Shown here: positions 38,232 through 51,419 of the stretch, piece after piece | How positions within the stretch are numbered: position 1 is the stretch's first letter | How the letters are laid out: each line of letters begins with the position of its first letter | NCBI RefSeq assembly: GCF_006345805.1 | Contig: NC_043005.1 | Location: 62,682,001 to 62,746,000, forward strand | Source of the DNA: Octopus sinensis | Taxonomy: Eukaryota | Reading direction: 5' to 3' | DNA: 64,000 nt | Translations under genes and position numbers: made by a program | The notes under the pieces: generated by a model | The model's database searches: none | What the model saw: the letters and a program-made list of their open reading frames with translations, nothing else | What the model was told of the DNA's origin: nothing

Positions 38232-39944
38232 ATATGAATGTTGATATTGCATATCCATTGGGGTAAGCTCACTTTATTTCTTTTCAATCTATCTGCTTTC
38301 AGTACCCATGTCCATTACATAAGCCAAAGCAATTTGCCTTCTATTTGTAGATAAAATTCCCTTGATTCCAGTAGTGGTAATAGCATCTTGAAAATTTACC
38401 ATTCCGTTCTTAGAATAACTACCATGCTTTTATAACAGACCCTTTCACAACTGGCAAGGTCACTTAAATAACAAATGTCAATAACTTTTAGGGAGTCTTC
38501 CAAGTTTTTGAAAAAATTCCTTTTGTAGATGTTCTTATTTCTAATTCCTCATATAATAAAATCCAGTTTTGTCAGCCTGCCTGTTTTTCCACAACATTTT
38601 ATGTGCATTCATAGTTTACATTAGATATAAAATATACAATTCCTATCTTTGCCTCCTCTTGATATCAAGCATGACTATTTCCCCTGATGATAGCAGTGTT
38701 CTGTATTTATTCTTGCTATGATTTATATTTTTGCAAGATTTAACTTACTTCTTAGCTCATTTGTATTCTGCTAACTTTTGTCTTTTATACCATAATATAA
38801 ATTTTATTCAATCAAGCAGTTAGATTTCTATTTGATTTCAATGAAGCAGTCTCTTTTATAAGGGATCAGAGATGCAGTTAATGACGAAGTTTAATAAGGC
38901 CAGTTCAGTTCTTACTAATTCTAATATGCAGTCTTGGTACTTATATCATATTATATTCATGTATATTTTGAATAGTTTATTTTCCAGTATGTGAATATAG
39001 GATATTTCTATGAGATGATAGTCTTCATACACACACACACACAAACACACACACAGTGGCACATAGAAAAAAGAGGGGTAGGGAAGAGGGAAAGAAAGGG
39101 AGAGAGGAAAAGAAGGAAATAGAAAGAAAGAGTTTATTGAAGGAATAAGAAAACCAATGAAAGAATGAACAACTATGAGTGTTTTGTGGTAATTAACAAG
39201 TTACATTATTATTTGCATATATCTATCTATACTAGATAATAGCAACTTAAACTTCAATTCTATCTCACAGAGAGGAAAAGATGTAACCCATATTAGAATG
39301 ATGAATCTTGTGTGTATATGTTTGTGTGTTTTTGTGAGGGGGAGAAAGAGAAGAGTGAGAGAGAGCATGGGAGAAAGAGAGCACAGGAGAGAAGAGATAG
39401 ACAGAGAAGGGGTCAAATAAAAAGCCATTTGATTGGCTTGCACTACATGCTCAGTGCCAAAAGGAGACTAATAGGAAATAATTAATTCCCACTTGTGTCA
39501 GATCACAGCTCATTGAAGAGCATTGCAATTTCCTCTGCATACACCAGCAGTGATAATACTACTGTGTATATGAAGCAGTATTTACTTAGTGCACATATAG
39601 TTTAACTGCATGCCTCAATCTACCCTTTCTATTCTATTTATCTAATCCAATACTCATAAGCTGGTGAGGAAGCTTGTACATGGTCATTTGACTTACAAGA
39701 AATATTCCTTTCAAATCACACCCCACTATATTTTTTTTTAAAAAGAACACATTACATATTGTGGTCTGAGATAAACAACATCTGAAATGTTGTGACAGTC
39801 ATAGCTTGAATGATGTTATCAGAGGTATGTTTGATCAGAACTGAAAATAATGGCAAATACAAAGCTCACATAAACTTCCTTTTAAAGAAATCTCATATGA
39901 CTCATAATTTTATAGAACACAGCTTTCCTTCCTTTTATCTTTTA

Positions 39945-40352
39945 TTTTTTACTCGTTTCAGTCACTAGACGGTGGCCATACTGGGGCACTACCTTGAAGG
40001 ATTTTTAGTTGAATGAATTAACCCCAGTATTTACTTTTTTAAAGCCTGGTATTTATGCTATTGGTTTCTTGCCTAACTGCTAAGTTACAGGGACATAAAC
40101 ACAGCAAAACCAATTGGCCAACAGTGGCATGGGAACAAATACAGACACTAAGACACACACACACACACATAGATATATGTATGTATGGTAGGCTTCTTTC
40201 AGTTTCTGTCTACCAAATCTACTCACACTCACAAGACTTTTCTTAGCCTGAGGCTATAGAAGACATGTGCCCAGGGTGTCACACAGCAGAACTGAACCCA
40301 GTCTCATGTGGTTGGGAAGCAAACTCCTTGCCACACAGCCACACCTGTGCCT
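39945..40352 (-). mobile_element. SINE family A, near full length
   Basis: Co-linear with 625-1010, including the internal CA repeat and the tRNA-like head ending cacacagccacacctgtgcct. Confidence 0.82.
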
Positions 40353-40699
40353 TTCAGTAACTTCACTTTTAATCACATGAATAAAATCCAGCCCCTTGAA
40401 AATGTTAAATTTCTGACAATCTAAGCCTACAAATTGCTTGATTTTTAGTTAGAAGCCATTTCACTTATTCTGGAAGTTCTCATATAAAAGTATGCTATAA
40501 GTTTCATTTCACACCTCTGAAACCAATAGGGCTAATTACTTGTTGATAGATAGCTCTGATCAGAAGAGATCAAGTGATTGATTCTATTCATTATACAAGT
40601 TTTTGAAGGATAATGAGTCATAGGCAATCACATCTAGTTAAAAGTGAAGATCAATCAGTAAATATATTATAATAATGAACCATCAGAATTTCAATATCG

Positions 40700-41400
40700 T
40701 GTCTTCACTGAATTATTCCCTAGTATCATTTATCTTGTAACTACTGATATTGGTGGATAGTAGTAAAAATCAACATGACAACTGATGGAGTGATCTCTAT
40801 GCTCATGTTCATTTTATTTTTGGTTTGTTTCCAGTGTTATATGTTCTCACTTGGTACTTATTTTCTTCCACTCTGACCTGTAATCAAGCACATTTTGAAA
40901 CAAATTAGCTCTACTTGCAATACAGTTTATCTTTCTGTCTATTCCCTTTCTCTCTGATTCTCTACTTTGTCTCAACCCTTCTCAGGATGCAATACTGATC
41001 CACTTCCTCTCACGTTTATCTTCATTCCCTTTTAATCTGTCTCTACAGCAAGTTTTATTACTCTCCTTCTCTTTCCATTGTTTTTACATTCAGGGACTAT
41101 TCCTTTTTTTCTCCCAGAGCAAGTTCTATAAACAATTGTCCCTTATTTCATTTCATTCAACGACTTCAATAATATCCTGTTTATGCAGTGCTCACAATGT
41201 CCTGTGTTTTGTTTGCCTCAGTTGAAACACCTAGTAATACTTTTTATATCCATTTTTGTTGTCCCAAATTTGCTGAATAATTTCCCAGTAGTATATCCTA
41301 TAGTTACTGGAACAACTGGATAGTAATAATGCTGTCTTTAGGTGCTAAAATTCTCATTACCTACAAGTGATAGATGATGAAGGGAATTCTATGTTGGCGC
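40700..41400 (-). mobile_element. Possible very old RLE-type RT remnant
   Basis: Minus strand ttactatccagttgttccagtaactataggatatactactggg loosely resembles the NYRPITCLPxTYKLLT region. Pyrimidine-rich plus strand. Confidence 0.35.
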
Positions 41401-42463
41401 TCATTTTATTTTTGTTTATTTCCTGTGCTTCATATGTTCTCATTGTATGTGGTACCCATTGATCTTATGTGTAATATGTGTATTATATCACAGAAATATT
41501 GCATAAATCATATGATAAGCTACACTTCTAGGGTACTAAGGGCTTTGTTGTCTGTTTTGTTTAATAAGGTATTTTGTATTGTCTCTTAGCAACAACATAA
41601 CCATCAAAACATGACATGATGTAATGATCACAAATTCAAAAGTTCAAATGAAGCTTTTCTGAAGTTTATATGAAACATAACCATACAAAACAGTTTTGGT
41701 TTTATGCAGTGTGTCCTTTTCCTCCAGCCTTTTGTAGAGATAAGTTTGTCCAGGATTTGTGGATCACAGGGAATATGTGTACACCTTCAAGACTTCTCTC
41801 CTGACCCATAAGATGTTCTTTTCACTTTTGAACACTAGGGAAGATGCTGTTTGACTGATATTATGTTAAACTGAAAGGCTGTCTAGACTGATCTGAAGTA
41901 TCTTCTACTGCATTTTCTTCTCAAATAGTGAGTGCCTTATCATGCTTTCACTTTATCATTGTAGTAAACATTAAAAATGTATAAAAAGTGTAATATGGAT
42001 AGCTACCTTACACAAACATAATTCTATAAATTTAAATCATAACTTTTATTATCAGTATCACCTCCTCTCCCCAAACAGTATTTTAAAGTTACTCTTTCCA
42101 TTTATGTACATTAATATATAACTGTATGTTGTTGTTTAGCAGCAGATCAACCTTGATCAAGCAAGTAGATCTGTAATGAAAGGCATTTCAGTTTTGATCC
42201 CTAAGCCTTATTAGAAATATGTTGGACTACATTATTTGATGCATCCTCTCCTTATTTAAGACCATTGTAGGTGATTTGAGGAAGATTTAGTTATTTTTAG
42301 CTGGTCAAAAATTATGAAGAGACATCTTCATACTTCATAAGTAACAAGAACAGAACATTTGTGCTATGATTTTGTATGCTCCTGCAGAAAAAAGCCTTTC
42401 AACTATTTACCCTGAGGCCATACATGTATGCATCAACAAGGATAACTGAGAATTCATTTGCTG

Positions 42464-42724
42464 CAGTAGTTCACAAATGGGGTCCATATGACCCTTGGGG
42501 ATCCATATGAGAATTTTTGTTATGAAAATTTATCTACAATAAATTTGTTATACATCTACAATACAAGAAATATTCTAACAATTTTTTGCACACAGTTACT
42601 AATATCTAATCCTAAAAATAAATATAAATATGATTTTTTTAAAACATCAAATGGCTAGAGGGGTCCATCCAAGTAAAGTAGGAGTCAAAGGGGTCCATAG
42701 GTACAGAATGGTTGAGAAACATTG
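42464..42724. mobile_element. hAT-type MITE (261 bp) with 8-bp TSD
   Basis: Ends cagtagttcacaaa and gttgagaaacattg are imperfect TIRs of the CAGTGxTTCxCAA type. Flanks atttgctg (42456-42463) and atttactg (42725-42732) match 7/8. Confidence 0.75.
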
Positions 42725-43399
42725 ATTTACTGGGTCAATTCAGAAATCCACAATTATCTATTCAAGTTTGAGCCATCTTAGTATGCAACATCTCTTCAGA
42801 AATGAACAGACCACAACGTAAATAAGAAAGAACATTGAACCCACTTCTATTTCATTAGCTTATGAAAACTGAAATTGATAAAGAGCTAACTAAAATAAGG
42901 CACAAAAGTCTTTATGCTTTTCCATATATCCAAAAGTTTTCTATGTTTAAAAATGTATTACAGATATGTAAAAGAGTTTTGAAATATTTCAACAATTTCA
43001 AATAAAAAAAAGACATCATTTCATGCAAGTGAATTCGGTTAAAGATAAATAATGATGTGAAATCACAAAAACAACAGAACATTTAAGAAAATTGTTATAT
43101 CAGATATAAGAAGTATTGTTGTATGAGATATTTAAAATACAAGGTTAGTTCTTAATGTGTGTAATATAAGAACATGACATTTCTAAGATTTTAGTAGAGC
43201 CATTCACAAGAGAATGAATTATTCTAATATATTTCCTTTTTGCTTGCATTCCAGTGACTCTTGTTGATGCAGATTATATTTAGTCTGTTTCAATTTTAGT
43301 GATTACATTTATATTATATTTGTTAGAGTAGCATTGAGTAATAGTTGTATTATAAAATCAACCAAGAATGTATTGTTCAAAATAAGTTTTAAGAGAGTT

Positions 43400-45310
43400 G
43401 GGAAGCTTAATGATGCTTCTTCAAGGATGAAGTAGATTCTATTTAGCATTAGCAAAACCACTAGCACATAGGAATACGATAAAAGAAAGTAGAAACTTAG
43501 TAATGAGTCTGACTGTTATAAACGATCACCAACTACAAGCAAGTTACCAGCAGCAAGAGCCAAAGTTGAGCAGTGGTAAAATATAAGATTATAAGGAATA
43601 AGCAATAGGCCTGTAAAAACTAGAAGAAAAGTTTCAAGACAGAAATGTGTATTTAACCAGGAAAAGAAATAGACAGTTGTAGTATTGGTAGTGTTCTAGG
43701 CAGCACAGAATAAAGAAACCTTAAGTCAGCATGACAGTGATACAGGTGTACATTATTTTATACTGACAATACAAATATGTATCACTTTGACAGGCAGCTG
43801 AAGATTGAGAACTAGAGATGAATTGAAGACAGGAATAAACTACAAAGTATTTATTGTCTATGGATGGTCTATAATTTTTGCATGACACGTGTGCAATAAC
43901 AAGGGAGCTCTTCTAAATCTTTTCTTCCATTCTCCAAATATATAACTGTGCTATTTGGTATAAATATGTGCAGAGCATTAGTGATAAAAAATAAACATAA
44001 TTGAGGAACAAGGAAATGGTCTTTTGTGGGAAAATCAATACAAATACCTTGGGATACTTGGAAATTAATACATTGATGAAGGAAAAGGCAAAAGCTGAGG
44101 TTGTAAATAAATATTTCAGACGACCTAGATTGGCTTCAAGGAAAAGAAAGTCATAGCAAGCAACATATTAGCTGTTGCATCACTGGGGCATAGAGAAGAA
44201 ATACTAAGTAGTGTAGAGAGCGAGAAAAGAAGAGATGTCAGTTGAGTTAAGATAGCAGCCAGTAGCTAGATATGATTAGATAAGAAATGGACTTAAAGCT
44301 GAAAAAGAGAATTTGGGGTTAATATTGAAACAATTCAGAATATCCGAATATTAAAACAAGTTACAAACTATTAGTGTGTTACCTCTCCTAAAACATATAG
44401 AAGAGGTAACATATTAAAAGAAATTGAAAGAATGAATAGAGAATCATTACAAGGAGATGAAAATTAATAGTTAATAGCAAAACTCATGGCAGAAGAAGCA
44501 TTCAAGAAATAATCATGGAAACAACCTTCAACCCAAGACTGAAACTATGAATAATCATCACAGGAGCAAACGCAAACTATGTTAAATTCCACAAATAACT
44601 GTCCTATAGATATATGTTATATAGTGGTAAATATCAGTGTAATGAAGTGGCCATTAAGAAGTGTTAGAATTAATAATTAGGACACTAATAGAGATTAAGA
44701 ACACCTGAAAAACAAGTTAGAACTGATGTGATTTTATACTGTAATCTGGAATTGACAAAATATCCAGAAATAAAACAAAACAATACTTTTGTTTTGGGGG
44801 GGAGGGGGCGGGAATATTTTGTTAATTCTAGATGATGTTATAAAATAAGTTAATGATGGATACTATCCATCATGAACAATGAGACAGGGAGACAAGCTGT
44901 GAAAATAAATAAATGATGATTACTGGATTTTTATGAGATTTCTCCATAGAGATTGATCATTCTACTGAAGGAAAATCAAATATGAATGTGGAGGACAGAA
45001 AAAAAGAAATAATGTAAGATAACAGATTTCAAAATACCATATGATTGTGGGATGGATGTGAAGGAAATTGAGAAACAACTGGATCTAACTTAGCCAAAGA
45101 ACTGAAGAGATTCCAGAACGCAACTGTGTAAATTGTTCCTGTGATAAATGGTGCTCTTGGAACAATACCCAAACTGCTACCTGTAGGAAGCTGAAGGATA
45201 TTGGAATAGAGACACATACAGTTGACCTGCAAAACTGGACTAGCCTTACTCTGCAAGTATTCTAACAAAGATTCTTGAGATTTGAAGTGGCTTGTAACTA
45301 AATCAGAAGA
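43400..45310 (+). mobile_element. RLE-type element 1 of the array (very decayed)
   Basis: YMDD-region remnant at ~43850, KYLG at ~44040 and IVPVINGALGT at 45132. Followed by an AAT/GAT/GAC microsatellite at 45320-45395. Confidence 0.65.
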
Positions 45311-45396
45311 TGACATCTCTAATAATAATTATGATGATAATGATGAGGATGATGAGGATGACGACGATGACGACAACAATAATAATGATAACAATG

Positions 45397-45608
45397 ATTT
45401 CAGATTGTAACACAAGGCCAGCAAGTTCAGAGGAGGGGATGAGTCAATTACATCGACCCCAGTACTCAACTGGTACTTATTTTATCGACCCTGAAAGGAT
45501 GAAAGGTGAAGTCAACCTCAGCAACATTTGAACTCATAATGTAAAGACGGACAAAATGCTGCAAAGCATTTTGCCCAGCATGCTAATGATTCAGCCAGTT
45601 CACTGCCT
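45397..45608 (-). mobile_element. SINE family B between AAT/GAT tracts
   Basis: atcgaccccagtactcaactggtacttattttatcgaccctgaaaggatgaaagg matches 63654-63710. Confidence 0.82.
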
Positions 45609-46099
45609 AAATAATAATAATGATAATAAGAATAATAATGATGATGGTGATGATGATGATGATGGTGGTGAAGACAGTGACGTTGCTGGCTATCTCTGTC
45701 TCACTTCAGAATAGTACTAGGTATTTGAACATTCATATATCATTTTCATCTTTTTTGGCCCTTACATGCTGTAACCTTGATTTATTCCATCCCGAGCCTT
45801 TTTAAATGAAGAAAATTTACTTTAGTATTAAAAAATTTTCTTGGGATACATGTGTCCCATTAGGAGCGAAGGGGTTAATGAAACCAAAACTGTTAATAGG
45901 GAAGGTATTGTACACAACAGGCAAGGAGCATCTGATCAAGCTCTGGTGCTTATAATCAAGCCACTGATCAGAACTAGAATTGAAGTCAAATGAAATAAGA
46001 AAAAGATGTAAACAAGATTGTGATGGAATGTTTGCTGAGAAGTGAGCCAAATAAAGGAGGTTTCGTGAAATGAATGAAGAGAATATTGGATGAAAAAAT

Positions 46100-48127
46100 A
46101 GTTTTTCTAGCTTCCACCCAATGATTGAGAGATCAGGTAAAGGGAATTTGCGTAAATGATTGGATTACAGGATTAGAGGTTGAAGAAATTCAAAGAAGAA
46201 TAAAAAATGAACACAAAGGGTGTGAAACAGTGGCAGAAAGTGGCAATGAAGGGGTAAGAGATGAAGAAAAGGAAAAAGAAGGAAATAACTATATTGCTGA
46301 GAATGCTGATGAAGTAAATAGTGAAGATGATTTAGCTGGGCAAGTTGCACAAGACTTGAATGTTGCATAAGACTTGAACGAAGAAGAGAAGGAGATTCTA
46401 AAAATGCTGTAAGACAAAATGTGTGGCGTAAACAATGAAGTGCCACAAAATGTAAGGTATATGGACAGAGGAAAAGTAAGGAAAGCTACAGGCAAAGTAA
46501 ATGTTGTTTTGAACTTGATTAAAACAAATAACATTGGTGAAACAAAGCAGTTAATAATAGCTACTGGTAATGTTATAGCTGACATGATAAGATACAAGTC
46601 AAAGACTGTTGAAGAAAACAAAGGGAAGGAAAAGAAAGAACTAAACTGGAGGAAGAGAATACGAATGAAGCTGGAAAAGATATGGAAAGAACTGGGGAAA
46701 CTGAATTGGATAATGAAAGAACTCAAGGATGAGATAGAACATTGAATGGACTGTACAGGTTACAAGAAAGGGGAAAACAAACTGTACATGAAGGTCACAA
46801 AGAGTGACAATGTTAAAGACCAAATCGAAGTGGTATGATGTTACATGCGAAAGTTTTGAGCAAAATAGATTGTTTCAATTAAATAGTAGGTATCTTTTTT
46901 GAGGAAATAGAGGAGGAACAATATCAGGAACTGATTCCTGATGTGGAAAAAGCAATGCATTCTGGGGAGAACTTTGGAACAGGCCAGAAATACAAAAAGA
47001 AATTTCAGAGTGGCTGACAGAAGTGGAGAGGCATCTTGCAACTGTACCAAGACAAAAAGATATCAGAATTGAACCGTATTCAGTGAGACTGAAGTTAAAA
47101 AATAAATTGGAAGGATCCAGGCTCAGATGGAGCACAACATTATTGGCTGAAGAATTTTACATAGTTGTACACCTGGATGAATGCTTGCAGTAGGGTCTTG
47201 ACTCTACCTGGATGACAAGAGGATGAACGTTGGTTATGTCTCAAGAAGTACTTGAAAGGTAAATTGGTATCAAATATTCAACCTATAACCTGTTTACCAT
47301 TTATATAGAAGCTTATGACTGGTATCTTGGTGGAAAAGTTATATAATCATGTAGAAAATAACAATCTACATCAAGCAGAACAGAAAGGATGCAGGAAGCA
47401 AAGCAGGGCAATAAAAGACTATTTTTAGTTGATAAAATGATAATTAGAAATTGTAGATGCAGAATGATGGGATTGAATGTAGCATAGTTGGATTATTAAA
47501 AAGTGCATGACATGGTACCACACAGTCAGATACATAAAACAATGAGCATGTTTGGAGTGACAGAAAATATGGAGAAAAGGATTAATGAACGTATGAAACA
47601 TTGGAATACTGAATTGGTTGGAGGAAAATAAAGACTTGGGAAAGTGAACATCACAATTGGTACATTTCAAGGTGACAGCTTATCTCCATTACTATCTTTG
47701 TTTGCATGATACCACTTAGTTTGATATTGTGAAAAGTTAAAATACCTTACAGTTTGGGAAAAGGATATGATCAGATAAATCACCTTTTTATGGTTGATAA
47801 AAAGCTTTATGTGAAAAATGAGAAGCAGCTTGAAAGTCTTGTACATATTGTTTGCATTTTCTTAAATGATGTAGGTATGGAATATGGGACCAAAAAGTAT
47901 GCTATATCGATAATGAAATGAGGAAGATTTGAAGGAAGCCAGGAAATTGAAATGCCAACTGGGCAAACAGTGAAAGCTGTTGAGAAAGGATGGTGGAATA
48001 TGTATTTGGGTATAGTGGAGGCAGATGAAATAAAACATGAAGAGATGCAGCAACTTACCAGTAGAGAGCACACAAGGAGAGTGATAAAAATATTACAATC
48101 AAAGCTGAATTCAAAAAATGTTATTGT
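46100..48127 (+). mobile_element. RLE-type element 2, 5' part (pre-RT region + RT), interrupted by Gypsy
   Basis: WITGLEVEEIQRRI; WRKRIRMKLEKIWKELG; YQPITCLPFI.KLMTG; EQKGCRK; GTFQGDSLSPLL; breaks at KLNSKNVI (48127). Confidence 0.8.
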
Positions 48128-48320
48128 TGTAATCCTCTATTGTACTGATATAATGCCCACTTCGGTATAGCAGTTAGTTAGACAAGTCAGAACATGACTA
48201 TCTATCGACCAACTACTTGACTGACATCCTTGACTTTCTACATCACAGTATTTATAATGACTATCACATACCACTCGTCACATGTGAGGGATGTCCCATT
48301 ATTACTATTATCCCCATAAC
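48128..48320 (-). repeat. 3' LTR of the Gypsy element (~190 bp)
   Basis: Starts after a PPT-like aaaagtggagagg (plus 48320-48332) and ends ggattaca. Its end is similar to 50560-50590. Confidence 0.6.
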
Positions 48321-48720
48321 CTCTCCACTTTTAAGCTTTTCTTTTTTTTTACAGAGTGTAATTTTATTTCTTTTAGTAGCAATAATCTTTACTCCACTCC
48401 ACCTTCGTTTGTTGAGTTTTTTTTTTTCGTACAGTTACACATTTAATATTCTTTTTGTTTGGCATCTGCTTATGCATTTGCTTATGCATCTGGGTTGAAT
48501 TATTTGTAATGGCATTGATACTTGAAAAGTATCATATAACCATTCCATTGGTTCTTCCATTCTCTTGGTTTTGCTCTCAACGAATCTTCTTTTTAGCTGA
48601 TTCACATATCTCTTGTATACCCCTTTTCTTCCTTTTATGAAATATTTTCCCTATACGTTTGGTAATCAGGTAATCATGCCATCTTCCCAACTTTGTTTTC
48701 CATTCTTATATGCCTTAACA

Positions 48721-49116
48721 GTGGAGGCGCAATGGCCCAGTGGTTAGGGCAGCAGACTCGCGGTCGTAGGATCGCGGTTTCGATTCCCAGACCGGGCGTT
48801 GTGAGTGTTTATTGAGCGAAAACACCTAAAGCTCCACGAGGCTCCGGCAGGGATGGTGGTGATCCCTGCTGTACTCTTTCACCACAACTTTCTCTCACTC
48901 TTACTTCCTGTTTCTGTTGTACCTGTATTTCAAAGGGCCGGACTTGTCACTCTCTGTGTCACGCTGAATATCCCCGAGAACTACGTTAAGGGTACACATG
49001 TCTGTGGAGTGCTCAGCCACTTACACGTTAATTTCACGAGCAGGCTGTTCCGTTGATCAGATCAACCGGAACCCTCATTGTCGTAACTGACAGAGTGCTT
49101 CTTCCAAAAATCCCAA
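48721..49116 (+). mobile_element. tRNA-derived SINE family C with 11-bp TSD, inserted in the Gypsy element
   Basis: A-box-like tggcccagtgg and B-box-like ggtttcgattcc. The TSD atgccttaaca is exact at 48710-48720 and 49117-49127. CpG-rich relative to its flanks. Confidence 0.9.
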
Positions 49117-50629
49117 ATGCCTTAACAAATATGTTTACAGCAATTTTGTAAAATTTTGCCCTATTATCCATTGCAAATTTTCTTTTCTTACCAGGTAGTA
49201 ATTCGTCGAAGACTGATTTTATTTTCCTCACAGACATTAGCTCTACTGGTGACATACTTATTGGTGTATTTGGATTTGGAGTCACACACTATACTCTTAA
49301 GAATTATTCTAGAGCTACCTCATCCATGACTTCCTTATTCGACTTTCTTAGGGCTCTCTTAAATGTATCGACAAAGCATTCTGCTTGTCTGTTAGATCTG
49401 GGATGGTATGATGCCATAGTTACATGTTCTGCAGTGAACATCTTATGAAACTTTTTAAACTTGAAAGACACAAATTGCATTCCATTGTCAGACACTATCA
49501 CGTCTGGGATGTCAAATCTCACAAACAGCTCATGTAGAAAATTTGTCGCAGTTGAGGAGGTCGGTTTTTTAGACTAGCAAATTTCTGGCCACTTAAAGAA
49601 ACTATCAGCTACCACTAAGTAGTATGAACCATTTAAGTGACCAGTAGAATCGATGTGTAATCTCAACCATGGCACATCTACTTTGTATCATCAGTAATTT
49701 TGCCACTAGTGTACATCTCCTGCAGCCTTTCACTAAATTTTCGATTTTGCTATCCATTTTTGGCCAGTACATGTAGCTATGCATTAAAACTTTCATCCTC
49801 GAAATACCAGGATGTCCAACATGAAGTTCCCTCAACATTTTCTTTTGCAATGTTTCAGGTACTACTACACTTTGTGTATACATCAGTATACCATCACAAA
49901 TTGAGTATAGGTTCATATCTTGGTTTTGTTTCACACAAATCCTATTCCTATTTACTTCTCCTGTCCATAGTATTCTTTTCATTTTTGCTATGAATTTGTC
50001 CTTTTCCACATTTCGTTTTATGTTTTCAAGGATCAGTGATAATTCATGTACCACATTCCACATTACATTTTTTATTTCTTCTTCTGATCTTAAAGCTGTG
50101 CTTATTATATCATCAAATGGCTTTCAGAGTTTCGGTATCAGTTTGGACAACCCATCCGCATGGCCTAGTTTTTTTTTATGGTAAATATTCCATTTTGTAA
50201 TCATAATTCAACAATGTAATGCCCCATCACTGTAATGTATTCACTGTGTGTGTTGATATTCCTTTTTTAAAGCTGTAACTGAGTTTGCAACATAATCTGG
50301 TGAGAACATCCTTTCAGCATTATTTGACAAATTATTATTCTTTAATTGCAGCATTTGTTGCTGTAATAGTAGTAGTAGTTGTTGTTTTTTCAGCTGTTGT
50401 TGTTGCTGTTTTTGCAACTTAAGCAAACTGGCCAATAATTCTTCCATGGTTTTACGATTTTGTATACTATAAAATTCGCACAAAAAACTTTGTGAGTTTT
50501 GTAACTCCTTGTGAATTTGTTTAATCCTTGTGAGTTTGTTAATTCCTTATTGCCACAGTTGTAATCCTCTGTCAGACTGTTATAGCACCCACAACCAACT
50601 ACCAACCACAACCAATTAGTAAGTTGCTT

Positions 50630-51385
50630 ACTAATAGGTGATCAAGAGTGGAAAGGGCAAAAAAGAAACGCAATGAGAACATGTCAAACATATTGAAGAG
50701 AAACATTTGCACAGTCAGTTTTGAAAAGCCACTAAGGATAAGCTAGCTTGAAAAAGAGATAGTTAAAAAGGAAGCAGAGCTCTATTATGGTATGTCAAGA
50801 TCAAACACTGCAAACAAGCAGTTTGGTAAAATATGTGTATGGGAAAAGGTATTGGCAAAAGTAGAACATGTAGAATTTGGGATGAAACAGTGGCACGCAA
50901 GTTGGTTCAGGGAGAATATACAAAATGGAAATATGTTCAAGATTTTGTGGGATTTTCTCATTGAAATAGATAAGAGGAGGAAACATAACAAGCCTGCACA
51001 TGGATTGGTCTATTATGTCCCTTTGTTACTAAGAATGTAAAGAAAGCAGATGAAAAGTTGAAAATCTACAATCCCTTAAAATTTGAAATTGTGAGGATTT
51101 AGAACATGAAACTGTAAAGATTGTACCAGTGATAATTTTTTGCATTAGAGACTGTAAGTAATAAAATAGAAAAATGGATAAAGCAGGGTGGAATGGAATG
51201 TCTTGCAGAGCTTCTACAGAAAGTTTGACCCTTAGGAACAGGGAATATTATCAGAAGGGTTTTGAGTGCTTGCTGTCTAATTGAAATTATGTGGATGCCT
51301 AAGGTTACAGATAGTAACCTGCTACTCACATAAATTCTACAAGGAATACGAACAGTCCTGAGTCAAGAAGAAGAACATGATTAAA
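50630..51385 (+). mobile_element. RLE-type element 2, 3' part
   Basis: QDQTL, decayed CRxC knuckle, KILWDFLIEIDK and IVPVII.ALET (51120). AAT tail at ~51385-51418. Confidence 0.7.
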
Positions 51386-51419
51386 ATATTAATAATATTA
51401 TTAATAATAATAATAATAT

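Larger units (their letters stand above)
48128..50630 (-). mobile_element. Internally deleted Ty3/Gypsy LTR retrotransposon (gag N-terminus, RNase H end, integrase)
   Basis: Integrase: ELHVGHPGISRMK..YWPKMD..CRRC (H2C2), IVSDNG.QF and YHPRSNRQAECFVDTFK. RNase H end: LGHADGLSKLIP. Both LTR ends read ...gaggattACA (plus 48128 and 50560). PBS-like gtggcaataagg follows the 5' LTR. Confidence 0.85.

Noticed and set aside
45780-45880. End resembling a piggyBac-type MITE (...gcgaaggggTTAA) with a near-palindrome tgggatacatgtgtccca
   Set aside because: No matching left TIR found, so it cannot be delimited.
48721-48800. tRNA-like sequence as a genuine tRNA gene
   Set aside because: It continues into a ~320-bp SINE body and is bounded by an 11-bp TSD, and I could not form a proper acceptor stem.
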